Shown in pieces: positions 14,816 through 28,175 of a DNA stretch of 64,000 bases. The stretch's first letter is position 1, and each line of letters starts with the position of its first letter. A program made the translations under genes and the position numbers. The notes beneath the pieces were generated by a model. That model was given only the letters and a program-made list of their open reading frames with translations, did no database searches and was not told where the DNA came from. The stretch is taken from positions 313,844,001 to 313,908,000 of the forward strand of contig OZ024740.1 of assembly GCA_964016885.1 (NCBI GenBank), read 5' to 3'. The stretch comes from Eledone cirrhosa (Eukaryota).

Positions 14816-15835
14816 GGAGATCTGAGGGTGGAAGAGGTCTTATCAGCATAGAGGACTGTGTTCAGATGAAGAAAAACAACCTATACAAATACGTGACCTA
14901 TAGTAAGGAGCCAATGCTCAGAACTGTACTGAAGGAGGGGACAGTAGGCCAGGGGATGTCCAAGGAGGAAATAACATCAAGGAGGAAGAGCAGCCTTAAG
15001 GGAAAATCTCTTCATAGTACCTTCTTTGAGAAAACTGAATTTAGAGATCCACAGACATGGAACTGGTTGAGAAGAGGAGACCTCAAAAAGGCTACAGAAG
15101 GAATGCTAATGGCTGCGCAGGAGCAGGCCCTCAAAACGAAGTGGTTGAAGCACCATATCTACAAGGAGGAGGCTAGCCCACTGTGCAGGATCTGTGGAGA
15201 GAGAGAGGAGACTGTGGCTCACATTGTGTCCGAGTGTAAACACCTAGCCCAGACCCACTATAAGGGCTGGAGACACGATGTGATGGGCAGGGTGATCCAC
15301 TGGCACCTGTGCAAAGTAAACAATTTACCACATTCTGAGAAATGGTATGAGCATAGGCCAGAGGCGGTGATGGAGAACAATCAGGTGAAGGTGCTGTGGG
15401 ATTTTAGGATACAGACGGACAAAAAACTGGAACACAATAGACCTGACCTGGTGGTTGTGGACAAAGAAAAAAGAACGTGTCTGATTGTGGATGTGGCCTG
15501 CCCGTTCGACACGAGAGTGCAAGAGAAGGAGAGGGAGAAAATTAACCGATACCAGGACCTAAAGTGGGAGGTGAAAAGGATTTGGAACTGCCATGAAGTC
15601 AAAGTGATCCCGATTGTCATAGGCGCACTGGGGACTATCTCCAAAAGTTTCCAGGGATGGTTAAAGAAAATCGGCCCTTCACGCTTTTTGGAACGCTTCA
15701 AAAGGCATGCTTGCTTGGAACAGCAAGAACCCTCCGATACGTCCTGAATATCTGAGGCTGCAGGTAGTGGCTTGATATTCATTCCAACGGACTTTCCAGT
15801 TAACCAACATCAATGACTGAGATTCAAGGAATAAC
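14815..15835 (+). mobile_element. R4/Dong-type LINE 3' fragment (zinc knuckle + restriction-like endonuclease)
   Basis: ORF 14725-15747: CRICGEREETVAHIVSEC, RHD, HNRPDLVVVDK, IVDVACP, KINRYQDL, PIVIGALG; short 3' UTR ending in (TAA)n. Confidence 0.9.
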
Positions 15836-15872
15836 AACAACAATAATAATAATAATAATAATGATAGTAATA

Positions 15873-15924
<52 letters not shown>

Positions 15925-15933
<9 letters not shown>

Positions 15934-16657
15934 CAAGGGAAAGCAAATATAGAAAAAATTTCAAAATAAATTTAAAAAAATTCACTGTACTTACTATATG
16001 TGCCCTTACCGCGGTTTCAAATCCCAAACGAAAAGATAATCCAGGCGGACTTTCATTGACAAAGAGATTATCGTCAGAAGACATTTCTCTCTCGGAGAAT
16101 ATAAAATTCCCGAGTTAAAAATTTCAAATTGGCGCCATTCGAAACTGCCTCAGAATGAGAGAAAATGAATGATAAAGCAGTTTTGTCATGGTACCGTGTG
16201 CAAAGGCGAAGCACGGTGGACATGTCAATCATGTACTGCTAAAAATAGCAGCCACTCAAACGACCAAAGGTTTCTCTACCATTGGGGAGAATAATAATAA
16301 AAGTATGTGTTCCTACATGTAATTAATACACACAGAGATACAAGTATAGTCCGACCAATGGCAAGTTAATAAATTAACAAGCCAGAACATATAAAATCAA
16401 GGGAAAGCAAACTGTACCATGACAAAACTGCTTTATCATTCATTTGCTCTCATTCTGAGGCAGTTTGGAATGGCGCCAGTTTGAAATTTTTAACTCGGGA
16501 ATTTTTCGAGAGAGAAAGCCCTCTGACGATGATCTCTTTCTGAATTGAAATCCGCCTGGATTATCTATTAGTTTGGGATCTGAAACCGCGGTAAGGGCAC
16601 ATATGGTCGGACTATACTTGTATCCCTGTGTGTATTAATTACATATAGGAACACATA

Positions 16658-16660
<3 letters not shown>
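15925..16660. mobile_element. Rearranged fold-back element, hammerhead family E
   Basis: 15995-16195 is inverted at 16414-16604; 16302-16357 is inverted at 16604-16660; bordered by (TA)n. Confidence 0.7.
16518..16598 (+). ncRNA. Minimal type I hammerhead ribozyme (family E); mirror 16002-16082 on minus
   Basis: gccct-CTGACGA-gatctc...gggatc-GAAA-ccgcgg-TA-agggc; canonical core, palindromic CGCG loop. Confidence 0.8.
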
Positions 16661-16741
<81 letters not shown>

Positions 16742-16875
16742 TATATATATAACAAAGAAAGTTTGGTAAGGAACCAGGTGGACCATAACGCACCAGAGTA
16801 CTCGATATTTAGGGTAGTAGAGTGGGTAATAGGGAAAGAGCTCCGGCCGTTTCGACAGCTAGATCCCAACATTTC

Positions 16876-17713
16876 CCGAACATTTATTATAATGCTCGGT
16901 TTGTTTGTAAACAAACAGCCGTTAATATGCATAAGGAAAGTATATACTTTCAAACGTTCAATCATCTGACAGAAAGGTATACAATGCTGACGATAGCTAA
17001 TAAGCTTGAAACTAGTACATCGTTCCTGTATCAGTGTTGAACAAAAGGGCGACGATGGTTACCGTGCACTGTACGGCGTAATTAGGGCTGTTTGTTTACA
17101 AACAAACCGAGCATTATTATAAATGTTCGGTAAACCCATACGTACATATATATATATGTGCATGTATGTATATATATACATACTACTGTACGTCTGTACA
17201 CATATATGTATGTACGTATACATCCTTATATTTAGGTATCAGCCGTACTAAGAGTGAGAAATGAAATTTCGTTTCATTCTTTTCCATTTATCGTTTTCGG
17301 TGCGCCTGGCCGATTAACTCACTCGATATGCAAATTAGGCTGCTCAGCCGTTAATATGCATAAGGAAAGTATATACTTTCAAACGTTCAATCATCTGACA
17401 GAAAGGTATACGATGCTGACGATAGCTAATAAGCTTGAAACTAGTACATCGTTCCTGTGTCAGTGTTGAACAAAAGAGCGACGATGGTTGCCGAGCACTG
17501 TACGGCGTAATTCGGGCTGTTTGTTTACAAACAAACCGAACATTATAATAAATGTTCGGTAAACCCATACGTATATATATATATATGTGTGCATGTATGT
17601 ATATATATACATACTACTGTACGTCTGTACACATATATGTATGTACGTATACATACGTATATTTAGGTATCAGCCGTACTAAGAGTGAGAAATGAAATTT
17701 AGTTTCATTCTTT

Positions 17714-17715
<2 letters not shown>
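16876..17715 (+). mobile_element. Tandem hammerhead repeat family F (non-LTR retrozyme-like, 429-bp period)
   Basis: Two monomers, each with a hammerhead (16982-17022, 17411-17451); short inverted piece 16876-16920; ends in (TA)n. Confidence 0.8.
17411..17451 (+). ncRNA. Minimal type I hammerhead ribozyme (family F)
   Basis: cgatg-CTGACGA-t agct aata agct t-GAAA-ctag-TA-catcg; 1-bp stem III with palindromic CUAG loop, typical of PLE minimal hammerheads. Confidence 0.85.
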
Positions 17716-17785
<70 letters not shown>

Positions 17786-18855
17786 AGAAATGTATCTTAA
17801 ACTACTTTGAAGCAGTGTATAACAATATACTGAAACTATTGCTAGACAAACAAACGTACATGCATTAAAATGAAATATATTATACCGGGATACAATTGTG
17901 TGTCTGGAAATTGGTTGAAGACGGACAGACAGAACCAGGCTCCTTCTCAACTGGAATGTAAATAAGAAAAATTCAAATTGTAGGGATTACAATCTTCTTT
18001 ATTTTTCCGGATCACCACGGTTCTGATTGTCTCTCTCAATATTCAACTAGTTTCCGGATGCCAAATGGTATTTCGATGTTATATAAGACATTTTACTTTC
18101 CTTTCATTTTGTCTTCATATTCTCAACACACACACACACACGCACACACACACACCTACGCACACGCACGCACGTGCACATGCGTAGATATATATATACA
18201 GAAAATATACATTAATACACACATACTGAAACACTTATTAAACAATGTACAAACACACGCACACACACACACACATACATATGTATATATACATATGTAT
18301 AATTGTGTGTGTATATGTCTGTGTTTTATGTATATGTATGTTTGTGTGTGTGTATATGTTTGTGCGTGTGTATATATTGTATGTATCTATGTTTGTGTGA
18401 CTATCTTTGTGTGTGTATTTACTAGAGCAATCTGAGAAGGCATGGTAAGGAACTGAAGCCGCATGTCTACTTATAATGAAAAAAATACAACTAGGTTTGA
18501 ATTCCTGAAATTAAACTTATTGGTTATTCACGTTCAAAATCGAATTAGTTACAGAAGAGAAGCAGCGATTCCATCCGAGATTGCGTCAATCTCAGCTCAA
18601 CAGAACGAAGTCTCTTCACGTCTGCCATCAATCAGAGAATAAATCAGTGACATATTAAAGTTGCTATCGTCTTACTTGAATAACGCTAGATTTATCAACA
18701 TTATTACTTCACATTTATCTGACACTTTTATCTTATTTTATTGTTTTTATTCTTTTCCCTTTGAGGGAAGGGGGCATATTTATTTATTTTATTATTTATT
18801 TGTTTATTATTATTATTGTTGTTGTTATTATTACTATTATTATTATTTATTATAA

Positions 18856-19300
18856 GGCGGTGGATTAGCAGTATGGTAGTCACCATGCTTGGCGTTGGCG
18901 ACATAGAGTTACGGCACTTTACATTGTGAGTTCAAATCCCGCCTTTCATTCTTACGAGGACGATATATAAAGTACCAGTAGTGCACTGGGATCGATTTAA
19001 TCGACTTTCCTTTCTCCCAAAATTGCTGGCCTTGTGCCTAAATCAGAAACCAAATATTATTATTATTACTTATCATAAGGCGGTGGATTGGGAGGATCGG
19101 TAGAGCGTGGAACACCATGCTTTACAGCATAGAGTTATGACCCTTTATGTTCTGAGTTCAAATCCCGCCGAGGTTAGCTTTGCCTTTCATCTTTACAGGG
19201 TCGATAAAATAAAATACCAGTAACATACCCGGGTCGATTTAATCGACTTTCCCCTCCCCTTCAAATTGCTGGCCTTGTGCCTAAAGTAGAAACAATTATT
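18856..19300 (+). mobile_element. Two head-to-tail tRNA-derived SINEs (18856-19065, 19079-19300)
   Basis: Same family as 1897-2093. Confidence 0.8.
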
Positions 19301-19424
19301 ATGGCCTTGTACAGTACAAACCATTATTGTTATTGTTGATGTTGTTCTTGTTGTTTTACATTGAATTTCTCTTTTGTTTTCACTTTTCTTGTTTCTTGTT
19401 CATATTTCAGTGCAAGTACAGTTG

Positions 19425-19730
19425 GTGGTGGTTGGTGTTGTTGTTGTTGTTGTTGTTGTCATCGTCGTCGTCGTTGTTGTCGTCATCGTTGTTGTTGTCG
19501 TCGTCGTCGTCGTCGTCATTGTTGTTGTTGTCGTCGTCGTCATTGTTGTTGTCGTCGTTGTTGTCGTCGTTGTTGTTGTCGTCGTCGTCGTCGTCGTCGT
19601 CATTGTTGTTGTCGTCGTCGTCATCGTCGTCATTGTTGTTGTCGTCATCGTCGCTGTTGTTATTGTTGTTGTTGTCGTCATCGTCGTCGTTGTTGTTGTT
19701 GTTGTTATTGTTGATGATGATGATGATGTA
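19425..19730. repeat. (GTT)/(GTC) trinucleotide microsatellite
   Basis: Seen directly. Confidence 0.95.
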
Positions 19731-19823
19731 GTTGTTGCTGGTGGTATCATGTTGCTATTGCTGATGATGAGGATAAAAAAAGGAAGAGTAAGGGGAGTAT
19801 GCAACAGACGATATAGCTTTTAG

Positions 19824-19854
<31 letters not shown>

Positions 19855-19879
19855 AGATGATGTAATAGAAATTTGGCAC

Positions 19880-20012
19880 TGTTGCTGTTGTTGTTGTTCG
19901 TTATGACAATATTGCAATAGGGAAAATAACATTTTGTTGTTGTTGTTGCTGTTGCTGTTTTTGTTGTTGCTGTTGCTGTTTTTGTTGTTGCTGTTGCTGT
20001 TTTTGTTGTTGC

Positions 20013-20046
<34 letters not shown>

Positions 20047-21641
20047 GCTGTTGTTGTTGTTGTTGTTGTTGCTGTTTTTATTGTTGTTCGTTATGACAAT
20101 ATTGCAATAGAGAAAATAACATTTTGTTGTTGTTGTTGCTGTTTTTATTGTTGTTCGTTATGACAATATTGCAATAGGGAAAATAACATTTTGTTGTTGT
20201 TGTTGCTGTTTTTATTGTTGTTCGTTATGACAATATTGCAATAGGGAAAATAACATTTTGTTGTTGTTGTTGCTGTTTTTATTGTTGTTCGTTATGACAA
20301 TATTGCAATAGGGAAAATAACATTTTGTTGTTGTTGTTGCTGTTTTTATTGTTGTTCGTTATGACAATATTGCAATAGGGAAAATAACATTTTGTTGTTG
20401 TTGTTGCTGTTGTTGTTGTTGTTGCTGTTGCTGTTTTTATTGTTGTTCGTTATGACAATATTGCAATAGAGAAAATAACATTTTGTTGTTGTTGTTGCTG
20501 TTGTTGTTGTTGTTGCTGTTGCTGTTTTTATTGTTGTTCGTTATGACAATATTGCAATAGGGAAAATAACATTTTGTTGTTGTTGTTGCTGTTGTTGTTG
20601 TTGTTGCTGTTGCTGTTTTTATTGTTGTTCGTTATGACAATATTGCAATAGGGAAAATAACATTTTGTTGTTGTTGTTGCTGTTGTTGTTGTTGTTGCTG
20701 TTGCTGTTTTTATTGTTGTTCGTTATGACAATATTGCAATAGAGAAAATAACATTTTGTTGTTGTTGTTGCTGTTGTTGTTGTTGTTGCTGTTGCTGTTT
20801 TTATTGTTGTTCGTTATGACAATATTGCAATAGGGAAAATAACATTTTGTTGTTGTTGTTGCTGTTGTTGTTGTTGTTGCTGTTGCTGTTTTTATTGTTG
20901 TTCGTTATGACAATATTGCAATAGGGAAAATAACATTTTGTTGTTGTTGTTGCTGTTGTTGTTGTTGTTGCTGTTGCTGTTTTTATTGTTGTTCGTTATG
21001 ACAATATTGCAATAGGGAAAATAACATTTTGTTTTTGTTGTTGCTGTTGCTGTTTTTGTTGTTGCTGTTGCTGTTTTTGTTGTTGCTGTTGCTGTTTTTG
21101 TTGTTGCTGTTGTTGTTGTTGTTGTTGCTGTTGTTGTTGTTGTTGTTGTTGCTGTTTTTATTGTTGTTCGTTATGACAATATTGCAATAGGGAAAATAAC
21201 ATTTTGTTGTTGTTGTTGCTGTTGTTGTTGTTGTTGCTGTTGCTGTTTTTATTGTTGTTCGTTATGACAATATTGCAATAGAGAAAATAACATTTTGTTG
21301 TTGTTGTTGCTGTTGTTGTTGTTGTTGCTGTTGCTGTTTTTATTGTTGTTCGTTATGACAATATTGCAATAGGGAAAATAACATTTTGTTGTTGTTGTTG
21401 CTGTTGTTGTTGTTGTTGCTGTTGCTGTTTTTATTGTTGTTCGTTATGACAATATTGCAATAGGGAAAATAACATTTTGTTGTTGTTGTTGCTGTTGTTG
21501 TTGTTGTTGCTGTTGCTGTTATTGTTGTTGTTGTTGTTGTTATTGCTGTTGTTGTTGTTGTTGCTGTTGTTGCTGTTGTTGTTGTTGCTGTTTTTATTGT
21601 TGTTCGTTATGACAATATTGCAATAGAGAAAATAACATTTT

Positions 21642-21672
<31 letters not shown>

Positions 21673-21977
21673 TTGCTGTTGCTGTTTTTATTGTTGTTCG
21701 TTATGACAATATTGCAATAGAGAAAATAACATTTTGTTGTTGTTGTTGCTGTTGTTGTTGTTGTTGCTGTTGCTGTTATTGTTGTTGTTGTTGTTGTTAT
21801 TGCTGTTGTTGTTGTTGTTGCTGTTGTTGCTGTTGTTGTTGTTGTTGTTATTGCTGTTGTTGTTGTTGTTGTTGCTGTTGCTGTTATGACAATATTGCAA
21901 TAGGGAAAATAACATTTTGTTGTTGTTGTTGCTGTTGTTGTTGTTGCTGTTATTGTTATTGCTGTTGTTGTTGTTGT

Positions 21978-22009
<32 letters not shown>

Positions 22010-22240
22010 TTGTTGTTATTGTTATTGTTGTTGTTGTTGCTGTTGCTGTTGCTGTTGCTGTTGTTGTTGTTGTTGTTGCTGTTGCTGTTGCTGTTGTTGT
22101 TGTTGTTGCTGCTACTGTTGTTATTGTTGTTGTTATTGTTGTTGTTGTTGCTGTTGTTGTTGTTGCTGTTGTTGTTGTTGTTGTTGTTGTTGCTGTTGTT
22201 GCTGTTGTTGTTCTTGTTGTTGTTGCTGTTGTTGTTGATG
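19880..22240. repeat. Compound satellite: 20 copies of a 36-bp unit embedded in (GTT/GCT)n
   Basis: cgttatgacaatattgcaatag(g/a)gaaaataacattt recurs with mostly 67- or 91-bp periods. Confidence 0.95.
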
Positions 22241-22765
22241 TCTAACTTCACGACAACTTTAAACTAGTAGATGTCAGATAAAAAGCCCTACAGCTGTGAC
22301 CATTTCGTCTTTTCTTCAAACATTATATTTAGAACTTATATTATCTAATGTGTCATTCTATTTTTAAAACAATATCGTGTAATTTTAGGGGAGAAATCTT
22401 TTTGGTATTTATAGAATGTCGAGCTGTCAGGTAGAGAATACTCCTTTGACTTGTTATGGTTGATAATGTTGTTGATGTTGCAAAAAACATTGGAAACATT
22501 TCGCACAGATTTCAAATTTCAAATTTTCAAAATGTTTCTTCAGTCAACTGTCATTTTTACCATTCTTACGACAGGCGTAAAATCTTCTAATATACGGAAT
22601 TACTGCAGTGTTTAGGGCAGTAGTTAACACACTCACCCAGTGATGTGGGTATCGATTCCTCGCAGGCACTAATAACCTCCTTTTTCCGTCTATAGGAGTA
22701 CGTTAGCCGAGATTCAGACCTATTATTTAGTGTGATTGACTTTCGTTATGATGATTTGGCTTCGG

Positions 22766-22813
<48 letters not shown>

Positions 22814-22893
22814 CAGATTATATATATATATTCTTTTACTAGTTTCAATCACAAGACTGCACACAGGCTGGAGCCCCGCCTGATACATAATTC

Positions 22894-22933
<40 letters not shown>

Positions 22934-23267
22934 GCGCAGCATAGTGCCCATAAAAAATGATGTTGTATATAGAAAAAAATATTTAAAGAATCTTTTGAAT
23001 CTGCATGATTTCCTTAAACTTGAATGCTTGAATGTGCTTCTTTTTGTTCTTCTTCTTTGTCCATGTTCCTGAATGAAGGACCAGTTTAAGAGTGCCTGAG
23101 TCCAATATACAGTAGTGGCCATAATTGGAAACCCGAAACTAATGGTAGAACATACATGTTAAGTGTATGAAACTTTCTTTATACTAAATAAGCTCTCTTG
23201 AAACACATTTTTCATCTACATACACAGACATACACACACACACACATACATACAAAACACACACATG

Positions 23268-23560
23268 CGTAGCTTTGTCGTTAAGGAATTAGGCTCATGA
23301 CCGTAAGGTCTTGCGCTGTGTCCTTGAGCAAGACACTTTATTTTATGTTGCTCCAGTTCACCCAGCTGGCAAAAATGAGTTGTACCCGTAATTCGAAGAA
23401 CCAGCCTTATCTCATTCTGTGTCACGCTGAATCTCCCTGAGAACTACATTAAAAGTACGCATATTTGTGGAATGTTCAGCCACTTGCATGTTAATGTCAC
23501 GAGTAGGCTGTTCCGTTGATCGTATTAAGTGCAACACTCGTTGTCGTGACCGATGGAGGG

Positions 23561-23562
<2 letters not shown>
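23268..23562 (+). mobile_element. Second tRNA-derived SINE family
   Basis: tRNA-like head, tgtgtccttgagcaagacacttta core; degenerate minus copy near 50130-50420. Confidence 0.55.
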
Positions 23563-23618
<56 letters not shown>

Positions 23619-23982
23619 CAAAATGTTTTTAATTAAACATACGGTATATTGTTAAATATACTATACATACATTCATGTATACATCGCTATTTCAGAGCAC
23701 CAAACCTAATACCTAATTTTTGCTGGGCCGGCAATCGCTCTGTATAATCAGCTCCTGATTATTACTGGAATTCTATAAGAATCCAGCTTCTATAATTTTC
23801 AGGGAAAGCAGGGAGTGCGTGGCTCCGATGATCGCCAACAGCATGAAACAGACTGTTAGCTTCTCTCCCTTCTTTCACCGAAAAGAAGTGACATAGTCAC
23901 TACATTAAAACCGATAGCGTGTGGTCTTCAAAATGTTTTTAAATAAAACATACGGTGTATTGCCAAATATTCTATACATACA

Positions 23983-23990
<8 letters not shown>
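23619..23990 (+). mobile_element. ~310-bp monomer with ~65-bp direct terminal repeats and a degenerate hammerhead
   Basis: caaaatgtttttaa...catacattcat at ~23619 and ~23928; ggct-CCGATGA...GAAA-cagactg-TT-agct at ~23821-23862. Confidence 0.55.
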
Positions 23991-24069
<79 letters not shown>

Positions 24070-24074
<5 letters not shown>

Positions 24075-24216
24075 TGTAATAAACAACATAAGATAATTAT
24101 TTCATTTTTCATTAAATGAAATAATTATCTTATGTTGTTTATTACATAACTAAAAAGCTCTCTAGCCTACATAGAGCACTCTCTTTTCCTTTACCTTTCC
24201 TACGGAAATACTTCGT

Positions 24217-24220
<4 letters not shown>
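24070..24220. repeat. Mini fold-back (~38-bp arms plus tail) in (TA)n
   Basis: gttatgtaataaacaacataagataattatttcattt and its reverse complement at 24115-24151. Confidence 0.8.
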
Positions 24221-24271
<51 letters not shown>

Positions 24272-24644
24272 AGCTTCCCCCTCGTTATCGAGTATGGCCA
24301 TTGCACGATATACCACTATTAATAATTATTAATTAATTCTATCGTGCAATGCCTGTGCGTGAAGATATTTTTTAATGTGAGGAAAGACTGTGCACTGAGC
24401 CAATCCCACTCTCTGAGCGACAGTTGCTATAACCCCAAAAGAAGAGATCAACATCATTGGTAACTACTGAGCCGCAGGTTTTATATCGGAGCTATCCCAG
24501 TTTCCTGAGTTGCCTTCTCCTAGAAGAATGCCCTGACAAAGGCTAGGGGTCCATCACTCCCAGTGATTTAACCGCGCGATCGGGTGCCCAGCCCGACTAT
24601 TTCTATGTTCCGCGCATATACATACACATGCATATATGTATATA

Positions 24645-24723
<79 letters not shown>

Positions 24724-24827
24724 GTAGGAGGTGAGTTTTATTGTAACGCAAATGTCATCGCATGATGATATTTGTTTTTCAAATGCGCATAATAAAATAC
24801 ATGGAACTCTTTTAACCATCTTTTGAT

Positions 24828-24923
<96 letters not shown>

Positions 24924-25077
24924 ATATATCATATAATATCTAACGTTTTCCTTTTCTCAAACATTAAACTACACCCTTGTTATTTTAAGTACTCTTTCAG
25001 TCTTCTGTGTTCTTTTTCTATCTCCTCTAATTCACAGTCTCTCCACCATTTTTGTTTCTCAGTCTGTCGTACTTTAA

Positions 25078-25150
<73 letters not shown>

Positions 25151-25171
25151 TATATATATATAAATAAATAT

Positions 25172-25364
25172 ATAACGAAGGAAATGTGGTAAGGAACCAG
25201 GTGGACCATAACGCACCAAAGTACTCAATACTTGAGGTAGTAGAGTGGGTAATAGGAACCAGTAAGACCCCGACAGCTGAGCTCAAGCCGTTTCGACGGC
25301 TAATTCAGAATTAGCCGTCGAAACGGCTTGAGCTCAGCTGCCGGGGTCTTACTGGTTCCTATTA
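25172..25364. repeat. Family B fold-back remnant (3' half of hammerhead)
   Basis: Arms 25249-25306 / 25308-25364 with ~77-bp tail on the left. Confidence 0.75.
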
Positions 25365-25394
25365 AATAAATATATATATATATATATATATATA

Positions 25395-25603
25395 TTTCGT
25401 TTCTGAATTTGTTTAGCAAGATTCTTTATCTGAAATCGTGTGTTGAAACCGATATTGTTATACTTTGGGAGGGTCATGTTGCCAATAAGAAACACACGCA
25501 CCAGTTGCTTTCACTTCAATTTATTATATATTTATAAATTTATAAATTTACAAATCTACAAACTTATAAATTTCTGGTTGGTTGGTTCCACAACCAGATA
25601 GTT

Positions 25604-25677
<74 letters not shown>

Positions 25678-25832
25678 AACTATCTGGTTGTGGAACCAAC
25701 CAACCAACCAGAAATTTATAAGTTTGTAGATTTGTAAATTTATAAATTCATAAATATATAATAAATTGAAGTGAAAGCAACTGGTGCGTGTGTTTCTTAT
25801 TGGCAACATGACCCTCCCAAAGTATAACAATA
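25395..25832. repeat. Fold-back with ~155-bp arms around a (TA)n spacer
   Basis: 25452-25606 vs 25674-25832. Confidence 0.8.
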
Positions 25833-25867
25833 TATATATATATAAATATATATATATATAAATAAAT

Positions 25868-25965
<98 letters not shown>

Positions 25966-26063
25966 ATATATATATATGCATGCGTGCACCCACACACATG
26001 TATACATGCGTGCCCCACACATAATCGCTCACATACATGCATGTATATATATATATATATATA

Positions 26064-26134
<71 letters not shown>

Positions 26135-26370
26135 ATATAAGATACAACCAATGTCACCCTCATGTGCACACATACTTTCTTTTACCCCATTTATCTTCTT
26201 ACACATTATTTCAAACGGTATTCTCATTCTCTCTCATTCTCTCTCATTCTATCTATCTCTCTATCTATCTCTCACTCACTCGTATTACCCTACTTCTAGC
26301 TCTCTTTCAGATTCAGTATTATTACATCCAATGTTTTCAATGAAATCAGAGATTGTTTATGTCGAGAGAA

Positions 26371-26500
26371 ACACCAATGATAATGTACACATACACACCT
26401 TCGTCGTATCTTTACACCAATGATAATGTACACATACACACCTACGTCATATCTTTACACCAGTGATACAATGTACAAATACACACCTACGTCATATCCC
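26371..26500. repeat. ~45-bp minisatellite, 3 copies
   Basis: acaccaatgataatgtacacatacacacct...tatcttt repeated. Confidence 0.8.
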
Positions 26501-26695
26501 AACATCGCTTTAATAATCCACTGTTATGTCTATCGCTCGACTATTTTGAGATTTACGCTATATTTATAAATATATCTGAGACAAACGCAAGCTGTCATAA
26601 ATGGAAACATATTCACATGTCTTTCTTCGATATGAATAAATATTTCTGCACATGTAGAGAAATTATTTAAAATATCATATATTTAGTTTTGTAAG

Positions 26696-26845
26696 CGGCG
26701 GATCGGCAGAATCGTAAGAATGATTTGTGGTATTCGTTTTCGCTCTCTCTACTCTCTGAGTTCAAACCCCGCCAAGATCAACTTTGCCTTTCATCCTTTC
26801 TATGTCGATAAAAAAAAGTACCAGTCTATTACTGGGGTCGATTCT
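26696..26845 (+). mobile_element. tRNA-derived SINE (main family, 3' truncated)
   Basis: gagttcaaaccccgccaagatcaactttgcctttcatcc. Confidence 0.7.
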
Positions 26846-27969
26846 TCTTCTATACTTCTTGTATATCTCTTGCTCACTTCCTCTCTCTCTCACTTTCTCT
26901 TCTTCTCTGGAAGAAATTTGCCGTACTCAGACCTGGAGAGGCATAGGCTCCGCCTCGTTTAAACATGACCCCAAAACGCCGTATGTCAATATGGCGCCCC
27001 TGTGATTCCTTCTTGAGTTAAGGGATTATCCATGCATAGCTTGAATCAAACGAAACGAAGTACTAGAGCCGTTATAATCGACTTCCATGTAACCCCGCCC
27101 TCACCCCAAATAATAATAATAACAATTGTTCTTAAATAAAATAACCATTAGTATTATCATCTTTGAATGTAGGATGGTAGATTACCAAAGTCAATAGAGC
27201 GTCATATAGAATTCTGTGCAATATTCGTTCAAACTGCCTGCACTCTGATTTCGTATCGTGCCAAGGTCAACTTTGACTTTCATCCTTCCGGGGTCTATAA
27301 AATATAATACCAGTTAAATATTGGGGTCCATATAATTGGTTTTCTCTTTCTCCAAATTTCTGGCCTTGTTCTTATGTCAGAAATAATTATATTTGAATGC
27401 TGCCACGGGAGGATATCTCTTCACAGAACTCCCGCTACGAAAGGAATCTTACTTGGATTACTTAATCAAAAAATGTATCTATGTGTCTCCTTTCTCGTGA
27501 AAAACTGACAGAAGGGTTTGGGCTTCGATTTATTAAGTCTCCACCACATTCTGGGGTGACAGAAAGGTTAGTTTTGACATTGCTTTAGTTTATTACTTCA
27601 TTCGTTTTACTGGCAAGCGGCCATTTGCATTTTTATCCCGTCGTACGACATACCAACATCAGTGGTAGTATACGGAGGTACTTGTTACTTAGTGGTAGGG
27701 CTTTGATGATGAAGAGATAAATAACACACCAAATCCCCTAGAAAACAAATAGATGTTGGCATGCTTGCGAACAATAAAAAAATACTCAGATGACATGACA
27801 GATTAACAAACAGGCAGGGATGCGAACATGAATAATTACAAATGAAAACTAGCCATGGAAATATAAAAATTAAATAATACAAACATTATGAATGATATTA
27901 GAAAGCAACTTGAGCATTACTGACACCATTACAGAAATTAACACAATTGCTAACATTGATAGTAATAAC

Positions 27970-28175
27970 GGTTTCTGATTTAGGCACAAAGTCAACAATT
28001 TTAGGGGGAGGGGAAAGCCGTTTAAATCGACCCAGTGCGTGACTGGTGCTTTATTTTACCGAACCCATAATTATGATAGGCAAAACTAACATCGGCGGGA
28101 ATTGAACTCAGAACGTAAAGGGCCGTAACTCTATATCGTAAAGCATATTTTCCGACGCTCAACTGATATTGCCAA
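27970..28175 (-). mobile_element. tRNA-derived SINE (main family)
   Basis: Reverse complement of the family consensus. Confidence 0.7.

Noticed and set aside
19899-21920. CRISPR-like array of 36-bp repeats
   Set aside because: Spacers are repetitive GTT microsatellite, there are no cas genes, and the context is eukaryotic
21688-22251. Poly-Asn ORF
   Set aside because: Trinucleotide satellite
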